The notes: generated from the letters alone by a model not told the origin. A DNA stretch of 64,000 nucleotides from Eledone cirrhosa (GCA_964016885.1 OZ024761.1:7254001-7318000), one strand, 5' to 3'; shown: positions 1-13,374, counted from the stretch's first letter. Made by a program: numbers and translations.

Positions 1-3000
1 GGTAGTGTCTTTCATTAGAAATATGGTGATGGAAGGGTTAATGACATAGACAGTGTCTTTCATTAGAAATATGGTAATGAAAGGGTTAATGACATAGACA
101 GTGTCTTTCATTAGAAATATGGTAATGGAAGGGTTAATGACATAGACAGTGTCTTTCATTAGAAATATGGTAATGAAAGGGTTAATGACATAGACAGTGT
201 CTTTCGTTAGAAATATGGTAATGAAAGGGTTAATGACATAGACAGTGTCTTTCATTAGAAATATGGTAATGGAAGGGTTAATGACATAGACAGTGTCTTT
301 CATTAGAAATATGGTAATGAAAGGGTTAATGACATAGACAGTGTCTTTCATTAGAAATATGGTAATGAAAGGGTTAATGACATAGACAGTGTCTTTCATT
401 AGAAATATGGTAATGAAAGGGTTAATGACATAGACAGTGTCTTTCATTAGAAATATGGTAATGAAAGGGTTAATGACATAGACAGTGTCTTTCATTAGAA
501 ATATGGTAATGAAAGGGTTAATGACATAGACAGTGTCTTTCATTAGAAATATGGTAATGGAAGGGTTAATGACATAGATAGTGTCTTTCATTAGAAATAT
601 GGTAATGGAAGGGTTAATGACATAGACAGTGTCTTTCATTAGAAATATGGTAATGAAAGGGTTAATGACATAGACAGTGTCTTTCATTAGAAATATGGTA
701 ATGGAAGGGTTAATGACATAGATAGTGTCTTTCATTAGAAATATGGTAATGAAAGGGTTAATGACATAGACAGTGTCTTTCATTAGAAATATGGTGATGG
801 AAGGGTTAATGACATAGACAGTGTCTTTCATTAGAAATATGGTAATGAAAGGGTTAATGACATAGACAGTGTCTTTCATTAGAAATATGGTAATGGAAGG
901 GTTAATGACATAGACAGTGTCTTTCATTAGAAATGTGGTAATGAAAGGGTTAATGACATAGACAGTGTCTTTCATTAGAAATATGGTAATGGAAGGGTTA
1001 ATGACATAGACAGTGTCTTTCATTAGAAATATGGTAATGGAAGGGTTAATGACATAGACAGTGTCTTTCATTAGAAATATGGTAATGAAAGGGTTAATGA
1101 CATAGACAGTGTCTTTCATTAGAAATATGGCAATGAAAGGGTTAATGACATAGACAGTGTCTTTCATTAGAGATATGGTAATGGAAGGGTTAATGACATA
1201 GACAGTGTCTTTCATTAGAAATATGGTAATGAAAGGGTTAATGACATAGACAGTGTCTTTCATTAGAAATATGGTAATGGAAGGGTTAATGACATAGACA
1301 GTGTCTTTCATTAGAAATATGGTAATGGAAGGGTTAATGACATAGACAGTGTCTTTCATTAGAAATGTGGTAATGAAAGGGTTAATGACATAGACAGTGT
1401 CTTTCATTAGAAATATGGTAATGAAAGGGTTAATGACATAGGTAGTGTCTTTCATTAGAAATATGGTAATGGAAGGGTTAATGACATAGACAGTGTCTTT
1501 CATTAGAAATATGGTAATGGAAGGGTTAATGACATAGACAGTGTCTTTCATTAGAAATGTGGTAATGAAAGGGTTAATGACATAGACAGTGTCTTTCATT
1601 AGAAATGTGGTAATGAAAGGGTTAATGACATAGACAGTGTCTTTCATTAGAAATATGGTAATGAAAGGGTTAATGACATAGGTAGTGTCTTTCATTAGAA
1701 ATATGGTAATGGAAGGGTTAATGACATAGACAGTGTCTTTCATTAGAAATATGGTAATGGAAGGGTTAATGACATAGACAGTGTCTTTCATTAGAAATGT
1801 GGTAATGAAAGGGTTAATGACATAGACAGTGTCTTTCATTAGAAATGTGGTAATGAAAGGGTTAATGACATAGACAGTGTCTTTCATTAGAAATATGGTA
1901 ATGAAAGGGTTAATGACATAGGTAGTGTCTTTCATTAGAAATATGGTAATGGAAGGGTTAATGACATAGACAGTGTCTTTCATTAGAAATATGGTAATGG
2001 AAGGGTTAATGACATAGACAGTGTCTTTCATTAGAAATGTGGTAATGAAAGGGTTAATGACATAGACAGTGTCTTTCATTAGAAATGTGGTAATGAAAGG
2101 GTTAATGACATAGACAGTGTCTTTCATTAGAAATATGGTAATGAAAGGGTTAATGACATAGGTAGTGTCTTTCATTAGAAATATGGTAATGGAAGGGTTA
2201 ATGACATAGACAGTGTCTTTCATTAGAAATATGGTAATGGAAGGGTTAATGACATAGACAGTGTCTTTCATTAGAAATGTGGTAATGAAAGGGTTAATGA
2301 CATAGACAGTGTCTTTCATTAGAAATGTGGTAATGAAAGGGTTAATGACATAGACAGTGTCTTTCATTAGAAATATGGTAATGAAAGGGTTAATGACATA
2401 GGTAGTGTCTTTCATTAGAAATATGGTAATGGAAGGGTTAATGACATAGACAGTGTCTTTCATTAGAAATATGGTAATGGAAGGGTTAATGACATAGACA
2501 GTGTCTTTCATTAGAAATATGGTAATGAAAGGGTTAATGACATAGACAGTGTCTTTCATTAGAAATGTGGTAATGAAAGGGTTAATGACATAGACAGTGT
2601 CTTTCATTAGAAATATGGTAATGGAAGGGTTAATGACATAGACAGTGTCTTTCATTAGAAATATGGTGATGGAGGGGTTAAAGACATAGACAGTGTCTTT
2701 CATTAGAAATATGGTAATGAAAGGGTTAATGACATAGACAGTGTCTTTCATTAGAAATATGGTGATGGAAGGGTTAATGACATAGACAGTGTCTTTCATT
2801 AGAAATATGGTAATGAAAGGGTTAATGACATAGACAGTGTCTTTCATTAGAAATATGGTGATGGAAGGGTTAATGACATAGACAGTGTCTTTCATTAGAA
2901 ATATGGTAATGGAAGGGTTAATGACATAGACAGTGTCTTTCATTAGAAATATGGTGATGGAGGGGTTAATGACATAGACAGTGTCTTTCATTAGAAATAT

Positions 3001-3785
3001 GGTGATGGAGGGGTTAATGACATAGACAGTGTCTTTCATTAGAAATATGGTGATGGAGGGGTTAATGACATAGACAGTGTCTTTCATTAGAAATATGGTG
3101 ATGGAGGGGTTAATGACATAGACAGTGTCTTTCATTAGAAATATGGTGATGGAAGGGTTAATGACATAGACAGTGTCTTTCATTAGAAATATGGTGATGG
3201 AAGGGTTAATGACATAGACAGTGTCTTTCACTAGAAATATGGTAATGGAAGGGTTAATGACATAGACAGTGTCTTTCATTAGAAATATGGTGATGGAGGG
3301 GTTAATGACATAGACAGTGTCTTTCATTAGAAATATGGTGATGGAAGGGTTAATGACATAGACAGTGTCTTTCATTAGAAATATGGTGATGGAGGGGTTA
3401 ATGACATAGACAGTGTCTTTCATTAGAAATATGGTGATGGAGGGGTTAATGACATAGACAGTGTCTTTCATTAGAAATATGGTGATGGAGGGGTTAATGA
3501 CATAGACAGTGTCTTTCATTAGAAATATGGTGATGGAGGGGTTAATGACATAGACAGTGTCTTTCATTAGAAATATGGTGATGGAGGGGTTAATGACATA
3601 GACAGTGTCTTTCATTAGAAATATGGTGATGGAGGGGTTAATGACATAGACAGTGTCTTTCATTAGAAATATGGTGATGGAGGGGTTAATGACATAGACA
3701 GTGTCTTTCATTAGAAATATGGTGATGGAAGGGTTAATGACATAGACAGTGTCTTTCATTAGAAATATGGTGATGGAGGGGTCAA
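1..3785. repeat. 48-bp minisatellite array (intron 10)
   Basis: Unit gacagtgtctttcattagaaatatggtaatg(a/g)aagggttaatgacata, about 78 copies, ends next to the exon 10 donor. Confidence 0.97.
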
Positions 3786-3793
3786 TAACTTAC

Positions 3794-3868
3794 CACTGTG
3801 TGTAATGGTTGAGGACGCCATTTACTTTTTTCTCGACTTTTCACATCACAAACGACTGCAGTAGGAAA
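3794..3868 (-). CDS. TOP3A: TOP3A coding exon 10 (gene continues beyond window start)
   Basis: ttccAG|FPTAVVCDVKSREKSKWRPQPLHTV|GTAAGT; KSKWRPQ motif; 75 nt. Confidence 0.93.
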
Positions 3869-3936
3869 CTGGAATAGTGAATAAAAATTGTCTGTTGAAC
3901 AGATGGTAATGGTCGAGGGATAGGGTGTATTTTTTT

Positions 3937-4163
3937 ATCCCCTAGGGCCCGCATTAGGTGAAAAACTGCATTTTTTCAGCTTTTTAGGGGTTTTTTGAGG
4001 TGTTACGTCAGACCGATTTCCTTGAAATTGTAACTATGTATTTGTCAGTCTCTTTTTCATACCGCTAGCAAAGAAAATCCAACTTTTTTTATGGCCTAGG
4101 GCCCGCATTAGGTGAAAAACTTCATTTTTTCAGCTTTTTGGGGCTTTTTTGAGGCGTTACGTC
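3937..4163. repeat. Two-copy direct repeat (~70 bp)
   Basis: cctagggcccgcattaggtgaaaaact...gttacgtc at ~3941 and ~4095. Confidence 0.75.
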
Positions 4164-4344
4164 TAATTCGCATTCAGAGTTATTTCCCTTGGAATAGAAA
4201 ATCTTAAAGATTATCCAGCCATCAGAGTATTCGGTTTATTTTCTTTACATATTGTCCAGGCATGCAGTTTTTCCACGATTAGGTCTGTTGGCGGCCCGTG
4301 TTCCAAAATACCTTATCCCGTGCAACGCCGGCTACCACTGCTAG

Positions 4345-4585
4345 TACAATATATAGGTGTGTATAATAGATATACAATATACAGGTGTGTATAATAGATA
4401 TACAATATATGTGTGTATAGTAGGTATACAGTACACAGCTGTGTATAATAGATATACAATATATGTGTGTATAGTAGGTATACAGTACACAGCTGTGTAT
4501 AATAGATATACAATATATGTGTGTATAGTAGGTATACAGTACACAGCTGTGTATAATAGATATACAATATACAGGTGTGTATATA
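4345..4585. repeat. 54-bp (28+26) dimeric minisatellite
   Basis: Period 54; subunits related to the 28-bp array at 4905-5133. Confidence 0.85.
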
Positions 4586-4619
4586 TAATTACCTATCTAT
4601 CTATCTAGGGCAGGTAAAA

Positions 4620-4902
4620 TTCCTGAGATCCATGGACGAGTTCTCTCCAGCAGTCCCTGTCTCCCTCATTATCGCTGCCATGTCCTGCATCTCCAACAGA
4701 CCAGTGTCTGTGCTTAGGGCATTAACATGTTAGCCTTGGTCTCCCTCTTCCAGTGTGTCCATGTAGGGGCTCCCACAGAAGCACTGAATGCAATGTCAAC
4801 TCTGGATGTCGGTGAGCATGTCCAGCTAACCTCAGTCTCCTCTGTGTCACTATTGAGCTGACATTTGGGAGGCTCCCGTACAGCTCCGAGTTCATCCTCA
4901 GT
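4620..4902 (-). mobile_element. Non-LTR retrotransposon 3' fragment (RTE-like)
   Basis: ELYGSLPNVSSIVTQRRLRLAGHAHRHPE...WEPLHGHTGRGRP, typical RTE-class ORF C-terminus. Confidence 0.75.
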
Positions 4903-4904
4903 GT

Positions 4905-5133
4905 ATACATACAATATATAGGTGTGTATAATAGGTATACAATATACAGGTGTGTATAATAGGTATATAATATACAGGTGTGTATAATAGGTATATAATA
5001 TACAGGTGTGTATAATAGGTATATAATATACAGGTGTGTATAATAGGTATACAATATACAGGTGTGTATAATAGGTATACAATATACAGGTGTGTATAAT
5101 AGGTATATAATATACAGGTGTGTATAATAGGTA
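4905..5133. repeat. 28-bp minisatellite abutting the exon 9 donor
   Basis: Unit caggtgtgtataataggtata(c/t)aatata. Confidence 0.9.
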
Positions 5134-5138
5134 CTTAC

Positions 5139-5193
5139 CTCAAGACAGTGTTCATAAAAGACCAAACATGCCAAATAATCAAACAGGTGCTTC
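5139..5193 (-). CDS. TOP3A: TOP3A coding exon 9
   Basis: (CT)n-tAG|KHLFDYLACLVFYEHCLE|GTAAGT; 55 nt. Confidence 0.92.
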
Positions 5194-5195
5194 CT

Positions 5196-5226
<31 letters not shown>

Positions 5227-5254
5227 GTATATATATATATATGTGAAAGAGAGA

Positions 5255-5400
5255 GTGTACTTTATTTTATCGACTCTGTAAGGATGAAAGGCAAAGCTAA
5301 CCTCAGCGGGATTTGAAATCAGACCATAAAGAGTTATAACTCTATGCTGCAAAGCATGGTGTCTGATGCCATGTTGTCTGACCCTCTACCTATACTGCCA
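5255..5400 (-). mobile_element. tRNA-derived SINE (family A), head expanded into the adjacent array
   Basis: Reverse complement matches the full-length copy at 60400-60585 (B-box, gcctttcatcctt...gtcgataaaataaagtac). Confidence 0.85.
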
Positions 5401-7357
5401 TGATGTCTGACACTCTACCTATACTGCCATGGTGTCTGACACTCTACCAATACTGCCATGGTGTCTGACCCTCTACCTATACTGCCATGATGTCTGACAC
5501 TCTACCTATACTGCCATGTTGTCTGACACTCTACCTATACTGCCATGATGTCTGACACTCTACCTATACTGCCATGGTGTCTGACACTCTACCAATACTG
5601 CCATGGTGTCTGACACTCTACCTATACTGCCATGATGTCTGACACTCTACCTATACTTCCATGGTGTCTGACACTCTACCAATACTGCCATGGTGTCTGA
5701 CCCTCTACCTATACTGCCATGATGTCTGACACTCTACCTATACTGCAATGTTGTCTGACCCTCTACCTATACTGCCATGATGTCTGACACTCTACCTATA
5801 CTGCCATGTTGTCTGACACTCTACCTATACTGCCATGATGTCTGACACTCTGCCTATACTGCCATGGTGTCTGACACTCTACCTATACTTCCATGGTGTC
5901 TGACACTCTACCAATACTGCCATGGTGTTTGACCCTCTACCTATACTGCCATGATGTCTGACACTCTACCTATACTGCCATGGTGTCTGACACTCTACCA
6001 ATACTGCCATGGTGTCTGACCCTCTACCTATACTGCCATGATGTCTGACACTCTACCTATACTGCCATGTTGTCTGACACTCTACCTATACTGCCATGAT
6101 GTCTGACACTCTACCTATACTGCCATGTTGTCTGACCCTCTACCTATACTGCCATGATGTCTGACACTCTACCTATACTGCCATGGTGTCTGACCCTCTA
6201 CCTATACTGCCATGGTGTCTGACACTCTACCTATACTGCCATGTTGTCTGACCCTCTACCTATACTGCCATGGTGTCTGACACTCTACCTATACTGCCGT
6301 GGTATCTAACACTCTACCTATACTGCCATGGTGTCTGACACTCTACCTATACTGCCATGGTGTCTGACACTCTACCTATACTGCCATGTTGTCTGACACT
6401 CTACCTATACTGCCATGATGTCTGACACTCTACCTATACTGCCATGGTGTCTGACACTCTACCAATACTGCCATGGTGTCTGACACTCTACCAATACTGC
6501 CATGGTGTCTGACACTCTACCTATACTGCCATGGTGTCTGACACTCTACCAATACTGCCATGGTGTCTGACCCTCTACCTATACTGCCATGATGTCTGAC
6601 ACTCTACCTATACTGCCATGTTGTCTGACACTCTACCTATACTGCCATGATGTCTGACACTCTACCTATACTGCCATGGTGTCTGACACTCTACCAATAC
6701 TGCCATGGTGTCTGACACTCTACCAATACTGCCATGGTGTCTGACACTCTACCTATACTGCCATGGTGTCTGACACTCTACCTATACTGCCATGTTGTCT
6801 GACACTCTACCTATACTGCCATGGTGTCTGACCCTCTACCTATACTGCCATGGTATCTAACACTCTACCTATACTGCCATGGTGTCTGACCCTCTACCTA
6901 TACTGCCATGTTGTCTGACACTCTACCTATACTGCCATGGTGTCTGACCCTCTACCTATACTGCCATGGTGTCTGACACTCTACCTATACTGCCATGTTG
7001 TCTGACCCTCTACCTATACTGCCATGGTGTCTGACACTCTACCTATACTGCCGTGGTATCTAACACTCTACCTATACTGCCATGGTGTCTGACACTCTAC
7101 CTATACTGCCATGGTGTCTGACCCTCTACCTATACTGCCATGTTGTCTGACACTCTACCTATACTGCCATGGTATCTGGCACTCTACCTATACTGCCATG
7201 GTATCTGGCACTCTACCTATACTGCCATGATAGCTGACACTCTACCTATACTGCCATGGTGTCTGACACTCTACCTATACTGCCATGTTGTCTGACACTC
7301 TACCTATACTGCCATGGTGTCTGACACTCTACAGATACTGCCATGGTATCTGACACT
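5352..7357. repeat. 30-bp minisatellite derived from the SINE A-box head
   Basis: Unit ctgccatggtgtctgacactctacctatac; reverse complement tggcagtataggtagagtgtcagacacca matches the SINE 5' end. Confidence 0.95.
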
Positions 7358-8157
7358 GTAAGATATCATGTGAGGTAAAGCCTTTACCATGAAAATACAA
7401 TAGTATATATAGAGTAATGTAAATATTATGTGAGGTATTATGTGAGGTAAAGCCTTTACCATGAAAATACAATAGTATATATAGAGTAATGTGAATGTTA
7501 TGTGAGATATTATGTTAGGTAAAGCCTTTACCATGAAAATACAATAGTATATATAGAGTAATATAAATGTTATGTGAGATATTATGTGAGGTAAAGCCTT
7601 TACCATGAAAATACAATAGTATATATAGAGTAATATAAATGTTATGTGAGATATTATGTGAGGTAAAGCCTTTACCATGAAAATACAATAGTATATATAG
7701 AGTAATATAAATGTTATGCGAGATATTATGAGAGGTAAAGCCTTTACCATGAAAATACAATAGTATATATAGAGTAATATAAATGTTATGTGAGATATTA
7801 TGTGAGGTAAAGCCTTTACCATGAAAATACTATAGTATATATAGAGTAATGTGAATGTTATGTGAGATATTATGTGAGGTAAAGCCTTTACTGTGAAAAT
7901 ACAATAGTATATATAGAGTAATGTGAATGTTATGTAAGATATTATGTGAGGTAAAGCCTTTACTGTGAAAATACAATAGTATATATAGAGTAATGTAAAT
8001 GTTATGTGAGATATTATGTGAGGTAAAGCCTTTACCATGAAAATACAATAGTATATATAGAGTAATGTAAATGTTATGTGAGATATTATGTGAGGTAAAG
8101 CCTTTACCATGAAAATACAATAGTATATATAGAGTAATGTAAATGCTAAAGGGTTAA
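7358..8157 (+). repeat. 72-bp minisatellite ending in the MITE terminus
   Basis: About 11 units, ends gtaaatgctaaagggttaa, the same end as the MITE at 14527-14741. Confidence 0.93.
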
Positions 8158-8370
8158 TAATTGTTTCAACTTTTGGCACAAGGCCAGCAATTACCCAGTA
8201 CATTACTGGTACTTTATTTTATCGACCCCGTAAGATTGAAAGGCAAAGTTAACCTCAGCGGGATTTGAACTCAGACCATAAAGGGACCTAACTATGCTGG
8301 AAAGCATGGCATCCGACCCTCTACCGATACTGCCATGGTGTCTGACGCTCTACCGGTACTGCAAATCCCC
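8158..8370 (-). mobile_element. SINE family A with duplicated head
   Basis: Full SINE body; two tandem copies of the 30-bp head unit at ~8310-8365. Confidence 0.85.
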
Positions 8371-8589
8371 TGCCAACTAAAGGGTTAATAATAATAACTA
8401 TAATTGTTTTTGATTGAGGCACAAGAGCAACAATTTGGGAGAAGGAAAAGTTGCTTATATCAACCCCAGTCTGTTACTGGTACTTTATTTTCTCAATCTT
8501 GTAAAGACGAAACGCAAAGTTAACCTCAATGGAATTTGAACTCAAAAAATAAAGACTCATAGAAGGACTTCTTAGTATGAACAACCTAT

Positions 8590-8790
8590 CTAGTGCTGGT
8601 GCCATAAAACACATCCAGTACACTCTGTAAAGTGGTAGGGCTGGTGTCTTGATAAAATACACCCAGTACACTCTGTAAAGTGGTAGAGCTGGTGTCTTGA
8701 TAAAATACACCCAGTACACTCTGTAAAGTGGTAGTGCTGGAGCTATAAAATCACATCCAGTACACCCTGTAATGTGGCTGACATTAGGAA
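8590..8790. repeat. 48-bp degenerate repeats from the SINE-B tail
   Basis: ataaaatacacccagtacactctgtaaagtggtag x3-4; reverse complement of the units at 19100-19540. Confidence 0.75.
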
Positions 8791-8912
8791 GAGCATCTAG
8801 CCATAGAAACCAAACGAAACATGTGAGCAAGATGAGGTCTCTCTCTCTTGGCATGGCAGTTCTCAGTTTGTGACAACACCAACAACAGAAGCAACAACAA
8901 AAGCCTGTTTAC

Positions 8913-8958
8913 CTTTTCCAAACAAATTCTGCCAGAACCTCATCACGTATGTGTGTGA
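8913..8958 (-). CDS. TOP3A: TOP3A coding exon 8
   Basis: tttcAG|VTHIRDEVLAEFVWK(R)|GTAAAC; 46 nt, phases fit. Confidence 0.9.
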
Positions 8959-9234
8959 CTGAAAATAAAAACAATATTGATATTATTATGGACTTTGATA
9001 AACAGAAATGCTATGTCTGTATACATGCATGCATCATCATCATAATCATCACCGTTTTACGTCAATGTCTCCACGTTAGCATGGGTTAGACGGGTTGTCC
9101 TGTTGTGGGCAATAACAGGTCAGGTGACCGTGTCTTGCTAATACAGGCCTGATTTTGGCTTGGTTTCTACAGCTGGATGCCCCTCCTGGGGGGGGGGGGG
9201 GGGGGGGGGGGGCATATTGTCTATATGCTTCAGC

Positions 9235-9815
9235 TTCGGCTTGTACCCGTTGGAACTCGGGTCTTCTGTATTATTGCGTAGCGCCAGAGGTCTTGGTAAC
9301 TGTCATCGCCTTTGAGAGGTACAATTGGGCAAGGTCAGTTTTTATCACCTCATTCCAGTTCTTCTTGGGTCTCCCCACTCCAAGGCTTCCATCGACTTTT
9401 AGTGCTCTGCACCTTTTTATGCAGCTGTCATCATATGTCCATACCAACATAATCTCCTCTCCTGCACACAACATTTGATTCCTCTTATGCTTAGCCTCTC
9501 TCTTAATTTGTTTATGCTTTGCCATTTGCGTATATTACTATTACACATTCATCGGAGAACGCAAGCTTCATTTCTTTCTAATCTACGCAAGTCTTCTACA
9601 CACAAAGCCCAGGTCTCACAACCATGTAACATTGCTGTTCGTATGCACACATCATACAGTCTACCTTTCGTTTTTGAGGGAAAAACCTTTTGCAGCTAGC
9701 AGTGGTAGTAGCTTCCTGAACTTCTTCCATCCCGTTCTTACTCTGACTAATGTACTTTCAGAACACCCACCTCCACTGTTAATTCGGTCACCTAGGTAGC
9801 AAAAGCTGTCTACTG
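9235..9815 (-). mobile_element. RTE-like LINE fragment (degenerate)
   Basis: DDSCIKRCRALKVDGSLGVGRPKKNWNEVIKTDL; homologous to 54495-55380. Confidence 0.85.
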
Positions 9816-9874
9816 TTTCTACAGAGCCCTCCCAGAATTTGGTAGTTTTTGTTTCCTGTAGCTGTTTGCTGCTT

Positions 9875-10590
9875 ACTGTTGAAAATATATAGTATAGTAT
9901 TACTGTTGAAAATATATAGTACAGTATTACTGTTAAAAATATATAGTATAGTATTACTGTTAAAAATATATAGTACAGTACTACTGTTGAAAATATATAG
10001 TATAGTATTACTGTTGAAAATATATAGTACAGTATTACTGTTGAAAATGTGTAGTATAGTATTACTGTTGAAAATATATAGTACAGTATTACTGTTGAAA
10101 ATATATAGTACAGTACTACTGTTTAAAATATATAGTACAGTATTACTGTTGAAAATATATAGTATAGTATTACTGTTGAAAATATATAGTACAGTACTAC
10201 TGTTTAAAATATATAGTACAGTATTACTGTTTAAAATATATAGTACAGTATTACTGTTTAAAATATATAGTACAGTATTACTGTTGAAAATATATAGTAC
10301 AGTATTACTGTTAAAAATATATAGTACAGTACTACTGTTGAAAATATATAGTACAGTATTACTGTTGAAAATATATAGTACAGTACTACTGTTGAAAATA
10401 TATAGTATTACTGTTGAAAATATATAGTATAGTATTACTGTTGAAAATATGCAGTATAGTATTACTGTTGAAAATATATAGTACAGTACTACTGTTGAAA
10501 ATATGTAGTATAGTATTACTGTTGAAAATATGCAGTACAGTACTACTGTTGAAAATATATAGTACAGTATTACTGTTGAAAATATGTACA
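9875..10590. repeat. 27-bp minisatellite
   Basis: Unit tactgttgaaaatatatagtacagtat. Confidence 0.95.
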
Positions 10591-10702
10591 CTTTCTTTCT
10601 TGGAAAAAGTTACATCTATGGTGCAAATTTGGTGCTGTTTGGTCCAGCCGTTTTGCCAGAAGTTTGTTACATACGGCTGTCAGCTTTATTAATATAGATA
10701 TA

Positions 10703-11393
10703 CAGTGTACTCCCGGCATTCACAGTCTCGAAATTCGCAGTCCTGGTTATTAGCAGAATTTTCCTGGTTATTAGCAGAATTTTCCTTAGTCCCTAACTAA
10801 TAATTGTTCATGGAAACCACCGTATATTCGCGGAAACGTAAATATCTTCCATGATTTTTTAATGGCTTTTTTCGTGGAAATATATATTTTTTTAACACTA
10901 AATTATTAATAACAATATAATATACCAACAATGTAACAATATAATATAACAATATAATATAATAACAATATAACAGTATAATATAACAATATAATATAAC
11001 AACAATATAACAGTATAATATAACAATATAATATAACAACAATATAACAGTATAATATAACAATATAATATAACAACAATATAACAATATAATATAACAA
11101 TATAATATAACAACAATATAACAGTATAATATAACAATATAATATAACAACAATATTACAGTATAATATAACAATATAATATAACAACAATATAACAATA
11201 TAATATAACAATATACCATATTTGCCTGCCTATTGGATGCCTCTTCACATAAGACTTTCCCTTTTTTATTATATTTTATGTTATATTTTGACATTTATAG
11301 GCATTTTTTATGGACCATGTCCAATATTCGTGGTTTTTCATTCTTCGCAGGTGCTCTAGGAGTGTAACCCTCGCGAATAATAGGGGACAACTG
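10703..11393. mobile_element. Tigger/pogo-like MITE carrying an internal AT-rich array (10910-11215)
   Basis: taCAGtgtactccc...ggggacaaCTG ends; homologous copy without the array at 16731-17022. Confidence 0.65.
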
Positions 11394-11869
11394 TGTGTGT
11401 ATGTATATATATATATATAACGGAGGTGTGGTAAGGAACCAGATGGACCATAACGCACCAGAATACTCAATACTTAGGGTAGTAGAGTGGGTAATAGAAA
11501 AATGTTTGACCCCGACGGCAGAGCTCAAGCCGTTTCGACGGCTATTTCTGGACTAGCCAAAACATAACGTAAAATATTGGCCAGCAAATATGGTGTATTG
11601 TTATTAATAATTCAGCATTAAAAAGCATGAAAAAATATATATTGCCACAAAAAATCCATTAAAAAATTGTGTAAGGTATTTATGATATTGTGAATATGTG
11701 GTGGTTCCCATGAACAATTATTATTAATTAGGATCTTTGCCTTTCATCCTTACGGGGTCGATAAAATAAAGTACCAGTAATGCACTGGGTAATTGCTGGC
11801 CTTGTGCCTAAAGTAGAAACAATTATTAATTAGGATCTAAGGAAAATTCTGCAAATAACCGGAGGTACA

Positions 11870-11906
<37 letters not shown>

Positions 11907-11979
11907 CATGCAGCTGTATATATATATATATATAAGCACGCAGCCGAAGCTGAATATATATATATATATAAGCATGCAG

Positions 11980-12032
<53 letters not shown>

Positions 12033-12049
12033 CACACAGCCGAAGCTGA

Positions 12050-12289
12050 AGCATATAGACAATATGCCCCACACCCTCCCACTGCAAAAAGTGGTCGTGG
12101 AGGTGCCACGGCAAAAAAGCACCCACCACTCACTGTAAATGAGGTTGGTGTTAGGAAGGGCATCCAGCTGTAGAAATCAAGCCAGAATCAGTTCCTGTAT
12201 GAGCAAGACAAGGTCAGCCGAGCGGACACTGGCCACAACAGGACAACCCGTCTAACCCATGCTAGCATGGAAGAACGGACGTGAAATAG

Positions 12290-12320
<31 letters not shown>

Positions 12321-12540
12321 GCAACGGCAAAAAAGCACCCAGCACTCACTGTAAATGAGGTTGGTGTTAGGAAGGGCATCCAGCTGTAGAAATCAAGCCA
12401 GAATCAGTTCCCGTATGAGCAAGACAAGGTCAGCCGAGCGGACACTGCCCACAACAGGACAACCCGTCTAACCCATGCTAGCACGGAAGAACAGACGTGA
12501 AATAGTGATGATGATGATGATGATGATGACGATGATGAAG
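12050..12540 (+). mobile_element. Two tandem SINE-B/RTE 3' tails ending in (GAT)n
   Basis: ggttggtgttaggaagggcatccagctgtagaaa...cccatgctagc...gatgatgat duplicated. Confidence 0.85.
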
Positions 12541-12615
12541 CAAGTAAAAACAACAACAATGGTGGTGGTGGTGACAACGACAACAATGACATCACTGAAA
12601 TTGATATAGACTCAC

Positions 12616-12786
12616 CTTTTAACTTCCAAAATGGTTCAGCAATGAAGGCCTCAACCTGTTTGTATCGTTCAACAACGAAGCCAAGGGTTGGGAACTGACA
12701 GCTGCCATAACTAATGAGATGATCAGCGAGAGAGTCAGGAAAAACTTTCTGAAGTCGTAGAGTCTGGAAACGTGTGAAGGCAGCTC
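12616..12786 (-). CDS. TOP3A: TOP3A coding exon 7
   Basis: GAAFTRFQTLRLQKVFPDSLADHLISYGSCQFPTLGFVVERYKQVEAFIAEPFWKLK|GTGAGT; SYGSCQFPTLGF motif; 171 nt. Confidence 0.97.
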
Positions 12787-12945
12787 CTGGATGTGTGGGG
12801 AGGGGAAAATATATATATATATATATATATAAAGAATTAATATCTAGTAACATATATATACATACAGATGCATATCAATGCTAGCAAATATATAGGTTTT
12901 GTCTTAGTAACATTGTGGTTCAATGCAGGGGGATGCAGAACAATT

Positions 12946-13200
12946 ATATGAAAGACGTAAAATAAGAAAATTATAAAATTAACTTACTTACTAAAATATC
13001 ACTTCCAACTAATTAGTTTCTGGAATGGAGTAAATATATTTTCCGAAGAAGATATAGAGAAACATTCCGTCGTCAGGGAAGTCTATTCTCAGCTAAGCTT
13101 CGGAAAATATATTTACTCCATTCCAGAAACTAATTAGTTGGAAGTGATATTTTAGTAAGTAAGTTAATTTTATAATTTTCTTATTTTACGTCTCTCATAT
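12946..13200. repeat. Long inverted repeat (~100-bp arms) containing a hammerhead motif
   Basis: 12946-13048 is the reverse complement of 13098-13200. Confidence 0.9.
13002..13081 (-). ncRNA. Type-I hammerhead ribozyme motif
   Basis: cttcc-CTGACGA-c-ggaatg...cattcc-a-GAAA-CTAATTAG-TT-ggaag; stems I and II pair, palindromic stem III. Confidence 0.7.
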
Positions 13201-13374
13201 ATATATATATAAAAGGAGGAATTTGTAGTTTACTGAACATTGTATATGGTATAAAGAATTCAAGTTTGATAGCCACGGCAATGTGAAATGGACGAATAAA
13301 TAAAGAAGTGTTTTTACCTTCTGATATTTCTCGGAAGAGATTTTAACCTCGAAATATCAGGACATAAATATATC

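Noticed and set aside
1-3785. aaagggttaa in the 48-bp unit as a MITE-end derivative
   Set aside because: Only a 10-nt match, and exon-proximal units read ggaggggttaa; may be chance
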